Origin: Fibrobacterota bacterium
GTDB lineage: Bacteria; Fibrobacterota; Fibrobacteria; UBA11236
Direction of reading: 5' to 3'
DNA length: 10,932 nucleotides
NCBI GenBank assembly: GCA_043753995.1
Contig: JAYUVP010000028.1
Span: forward strand, 1 to 10,932
Shown: positions 7,773-10,932 of the stretch, one piece after another
Layout: every line of letters begins with the position of its first letter
Position numbering within the stretch: position 1 is the first letter of the stretch
Notes under the pieces: model-generated
Seen by the model: the letters and a program-made list of their open reading frames with translations, nothing else
Told to the model about the DNA's origin: nothing
Database searches by the model: none
Program-made: the position numbers and the translations under genes

Positions 7773-9397
7773 CACCTCACCTGAGGCGCCGAGATCACAC
7801 GCCCTTGCAAATCAAATTCCTTTGCGGCGGGACCCCCCCCGATTTCAGGGGATAATCGCAACCAGGGGGCCTTCCCGATGATCGGTGTCCTCGGCCCCGC
7901 CAGCATCGATGCGCGCCATCGCAAGGATGCACCAGCAATAGCCACCGTGCCCTGGGTGCCCGTTGGCGCAAAGAAAGCGCCGGTATGCGTCACTTTTCCT
8001 CCACCTGTACGGATTGTAACGATATGTCGTAAATCATTGAGGCCGGTGGAATCTTCCCAAAGGCCGGCATTGGCGAGGCGAATGGAATATTCAGGTCGAT
8101 TGCGCAGGCGGGGCATGGGATCGGGCAAGTTCAAAAATATCCGATACTTCCCCGCCGCCATGCCGATAGGTATCCCGCCAGTGACCTCTAGGCGAATGGA
8201 ATCACCAGCGGAGGAATTACCCGTAGGATCGCCCGGCACCCAATGGCGAGGATCTTGAGCCAGCGGAAGCACATACCGAATGCGGCCATTGTCATCACGC
8301 AAGATCAATTCCAGATTCCGGGGATTGAAAGCCTTCCCCCAGCCCTCATTGGCAAGGGTCAGTGAAACCCGCAAGCCTTCTCCGGTTCCCACGCTGTCTT
8401 GTATTTCGGCATGGCGCAAGACAAAGCGATAACCCAGGTTTTTTTGAACATCCCGAAAGCAACCCTCCTGCTTCCATCCGTCCAAAACAGCGGGATGATA
8501 GCCCATATTGAGCAAGTCCCAACGCATCCGTTTCAAATCCCGCAGCATGGACGCGCACTGCGAATACGGACCCGGATTGCAGGTTTCCCCTTCTTGCGGA
8601 ACATATCGGTTGTCGAGACTCAGAAAGGTTTTCTCGGTTTCAATGGCATTGGCCGTATAGGTTCCGAAATCGTCTTGCGAAGCACCCAGGCAATCATTGT
8701 GCGCTCCCACGCGCGCCCGGTGGGTTCCGGTGAATCCTTCATCGGGACTAAGGGGCTTATCGCCCCCCAAGGCGGCCCGTTTGAAGAAGTTGCAGCGTAC
8801 CGCGACCATGCGTTCGCCGGGCAGGATGGAAAGAAGTTTCAGCAAAACGGTTTTGCGACCTTGATCCGTATCCAACCCGTTTTTCGAGCTATGCCATTCT
8901 CCCCATGCACCGATGAAACCCGCTTCGAGCATGAGAATGATGTCGGCATGAGCATGCAGCAAAGGCTTCAATTGATCGGCATGCGACAAGACGCGTTCGA
9001 GGGTAGCATCCGGCTGATCCATGCTTGAGCTGTATGCGAAGCGCACGATGACCTTGAGTCCGGCATCGCGTACCGAATTGAAATACTTGTCCAATTGTCC
9101 CAGATAGGCGGCGGGTATTTCCCCATTGCGATAGGCATCCAAAGCGAAGTAAGTTCGAATCACGCTGACTTGGTGCAGCCTTCGAATATCCTTGAGACTT
9201 TCTCCCGCCACACCTTCTTGGGGAGAAAACAAGCCCCGCTCGGGGTTGAGAAAGTCTTGATCCGCTGGTGCGTAAGCCCGCAAGGTCGAGGTGGAGGCCT
9301 CAGCCTTGCTTGGCTGAAATAAACTGGTGCCTAAGAATAGAAGCACCGTGAGAGCGGTGATTCGGGCACGACTGCAACCCTGTTCGCTAAAGAGCAT
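7772..9397 (-). CDS. Secreted DUF4874/DUF4832 domain protein (putative TIM-barrel carbohydrate-active enzyme + Ig-like domain)
   Basis: Family motifs: NPERGL, R.AGLKVIVRFAY, DA....V..H..QLKPLL, AGFIGAWGEWH, RVGAHNDC..AS..D.GTY, P..GETC, LN.GYHP.V...W, LGYRF.L, L.N.GWG..FNPR, G.Y..FLNLPDP...L..RPEYSIRLAN...W...TGLN.L. N-terminal signal peptide (..AEA); AGGA precedes the ATG. Confidence 0.85.
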   Translation of the reverse strand: MLFSEQGCSRARITALTVLLFLGTSLFQPSKAEASTSTLRAYAPADQDFLNPERGLFSPQEGVAGESLKDIRRLHQVSVIRTYFALDAYRNGEIPAAYLGQLDKYFNSVRDAGLKVIVRFAYSSSMDQPDATLERVLSHADQLKPLLHAHADIILMLEAGFIGAWGEWHSSKNGLDTDQGRKTVLLKLLSILPGERMVAVRCNFFKRAALGGDKPLSPDEGFTGTHRARVGAHNDCLGASQDDFGTYTANAIETEKTFLSLDNRYVPQEGETCNPGPYSQCASMLRDLKRMRWDLLNMGYHPAVLDGWKQEGCFRDVQKNLGYRFVLRHAEIQDSVGTGEGLRVSLTLANEGWGKAFNPRNLELILRDDNGRIRYVLPLAQDPRHWVPGDPTGNSSAGDSIRLEVTGGIPIGMAAGKYRIFLNLPDPMPRLRNRPEYSIRLANAGLWEDSTGLNDLRHIVTIRTGGGKVTHTGAFFAPTGTQGTVAIAGASLRWRASMLAGPRTPIIGKAPWLRLSPEIGGGPAAKEFDLQGRVISAPQVR

Positions 9398-9652
9398 GGT
9401 GGCGTCCTAGGTTATATACCCCATTATTGTACAGGTTGATTTGATGCGTATGAAGTCAAAGGAACGGATTTAAAGCCCAATATTCCCAAAAGAGGCACCC
9501 GTCGCAGGATAGTTTGAAAATAAATCCTGGATCATTTGACCAAAATCGACTTCGGCTTACGTGCACACCCGCTTTAGCCGCGTTATGCCATCACGTTTGA
9601 AAGCCATGCCCACGGACCCTTCGGATACGCTCCCGCCAGGAAACGTATCATG

Positions 9653-9669
9653 TATGTTACGGTAACATA
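9653..9669. promoter_or_regulatory. Perfect 17-bp palindrome, candidate transcription-factor operator
   Basis: TATGTTAC-G-GTAACATA lies in the spacer between divergent genes. The 1-nt centre favours a DNA dyad over an RNA hairpin. Confidence 0.55.
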
Positions 9670-9846
9670 TGAGTTAAGATATCTTTCCGGTTAACTCGTA
9701 GCCCAAGTCGATATCTTCGGTTTATCTACTTTCCCGGGGAATATGGGTTACTATCCCCAGGCTGGCTTGTGAGGTCAATCATCATTTTACCGAATATTGC
9801 TTATAAAACTCGCGGCCTATTCAATATCGCAAAGATCGCTCATAGC

Positions 9847-10556
9847 ATGACGTATGCGCTACTGCTTTTTGCGCTGGCATGGTTCGGCGGTTGGCTTGGG
9901 CATGCCTGTACTGATTACAATACCATGCACCCTTACGATATCCCAATTCGCGCCGCCGATTCCGTGGTCATGCGGGAAATCCTAGATTCCAACGGCTTAT
10001 CATTGGTATCCGTGAACTCGGTATGCAATAGTTTTAATGGCTTTGTGTCGGAAATAAACCTTTCCCGCAAAGCGCTGAGTTCCTTCCATTTTCCAGACAT
10101 CGCGAGAAAATTGACTTATTTGCGACGCGCCGATTTGAGTCGGAATAATTTGTCGGAAGTTCCCGGGAAGGTCTGGGCCTTGCCTGCGCTACGTGAATTA
10201 ATTCTGGATAGCAACCAGCTGTCGGTTCTCACGGATACCCTTTTTTCTGCCGGCGAAAAACTAGCGGAGGGGCTCACCTTACTTTCTATCAGCCATAACA
10301 GGCTCGAAAGTGTCCCCCACAAATCCGGAACCTGCGTGGCTTGAGACAAATCAACCTGAACTCGAACTACCTAAGGATTTTGCCACATGAAATCGACAGT
10401 CTCCCCCAACTGGAAAAAAACAATGCGCGGGCCGGACAATTTGGGGTGGACATTGACTTCAACCGAATATGCAATCCCGATTCTGAGTTGGAGAACTTGC
10501 TAGACCGCCACGCAAGATTGGATTGGCACAAAACGCAGCTATGCGAGGGGATGTAG
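9847..10556 (+). pseudogene. Leucine-rich-repeat exported protein, frameshifted at a C5 run (pseudogene, phase-variable allele or sequencing error); start could also be GTG 9769
   Basis: LRRs (INLSRKALSSF, LRRADLSRNNLSEVP, LRELILDSNQLSVL, LTLLSISHNRLESVP) continue in another frame as QIRNLRGLRQINLNSNYLRILPHEI. Adding one C at 10314-10318 joins the two ORFs into ~236 aa ending in a Cys-containing cap (NRIC..DW..TQLC). Hydrophobic N-terminus is followed by AC, a possible lipoprotein signal with a non-canonical lipobox. Confidence 0.8.
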
Positions 10557-10720
10557 AACTGATTCCGGGCATTGAATTGTTCTCTGTTTCTCTCGTTAGG
10601 CTACGCGCTGGCTGGGGTGGCGTCTCGCATCCTCGTCCAGGAGGGGATAGAGCAGCCGCACTTGAGGATGCCAAAAGGACATGCCCGGTGCTTCTTCTTG
10701 GAAATGAAAAAGTTCACGGC

Positions 10721-10743
10721 GGCGGCCGAGGGGGCGAGCCGCC
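10721..10743 (-). terminator. Candidate intrinsic terminator hairpin after the partial - strand gene
   Basis: On the - strand, GGCGGC-ucgcccccucg-GCCGCC begins just after the TGA TGA stops. A U5 tract follows ~9 nt later, which is non-canonical spacing. Confidence 0.35.
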
Positions 10744-10748
10744 AATCA

Positions 10749-10931
10749 TCAGGGTCGTTGTTTTCCGTAGTAATACAGATCGTCTAAGCGGAATTCAGCC
10801 GCTTGGAAGACGATGAATTGCAGAAAGCGCACTCGTTTGGAATCGACGGCCCAGCTTCGTCCCGCGTCAATCGGCGCGAGAGATGAGGCATGCACGACAT
10901 GACGGGTCCAGACCGAGTCTGGCGTGAGGAC
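10749..10931 (-). CDS. C-terminal end of a gene starting beyond the window; beta-sandwich/CBM-like C-terminus
   Basis: My translation: VLTPDSVWTRHVVHASSLAPIDAGRSWAVDSKRVRFLQFIVFQAAEFRLDDLYYYGKQRP*, ending in a double TGA. The W...W...F..F.LDD(L/I) pattern resembles the last strands of galactose-binding-like (CBM11/CIA30-type) folds. It is absent from the ORF track. Confidence 0.65.
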   Translation of the reverse strand, partial: VLTPDSVWTRHVVHASSLAPIDAGRSWAVDSKRVRFLQFIVFQAAEFRLDDLYYYGKQRP

Positions 10932-10932
10932 A

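Noticed and set aside
7878..9322. + strand ORFs of 126, 209 and 75 aa
   Set aside because: All lie antisense within the well-supported DUF4832 gene and lack protein-like motifs.
9426..9459. Sigma70-like TTGACT...TACAAT on the - strand upstream of the DUF4832 gene
   Set aside because: The spacer is 22 nt, too long for a canonical promoter. A promoter probably lies nearby, but I cannot place it.
9398..9846. CRISPR array, attC site, tRNA or known riboswitch in the spacer
   Set aside because: No regularly spaced direct repeats, cloverleaf or recognisable consensus, and no cas or integrase gene in the window.
10459..10816. Short ORFs 10459-10674(-), 10523-10816(+) and 10572-10787(+)
   Set aside because: No motifs or convincing RBS; they overlap the LRR end or the partial - strand gene.

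Overview
This window looks like Fibrobacterota-type DNA (an inference from gene content) rich in secreted, polysaccharide-related proteins. On the + strand are a 5'-truncated GntR-HTH/PBP-fold regulator (<1..1069) and a small outer-membrane beta-barrel (1139..1825). Converging on them is a - strand trio: an uncharacterised DUF4874/DUF4832 protein (7772..9397), a GH44 glycoside hydrolase with an InlB-B/Flg_new-like repeat and CBM4/9 (5084..7564), and a ~1070-aa fibro-slime (PA14-like) surface protein (1854..5066). A palindrome-rich divergent spacer (9398..~9846) follows. Next come an LRR gene split by a 1-nt deletion in a C5 run and the 3' end of a - strand gene missed by the ORF track (10749..>10931). 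I see no RNA genes, mobile elements or CRISPR arrays. The best lead is a possible secreted adhesion-plus-hydrolysis module with a candidate new GH and short shared C-terminal 'DLxGR' sorting tails. All family calls come from motif recognition by eye, not database searches.
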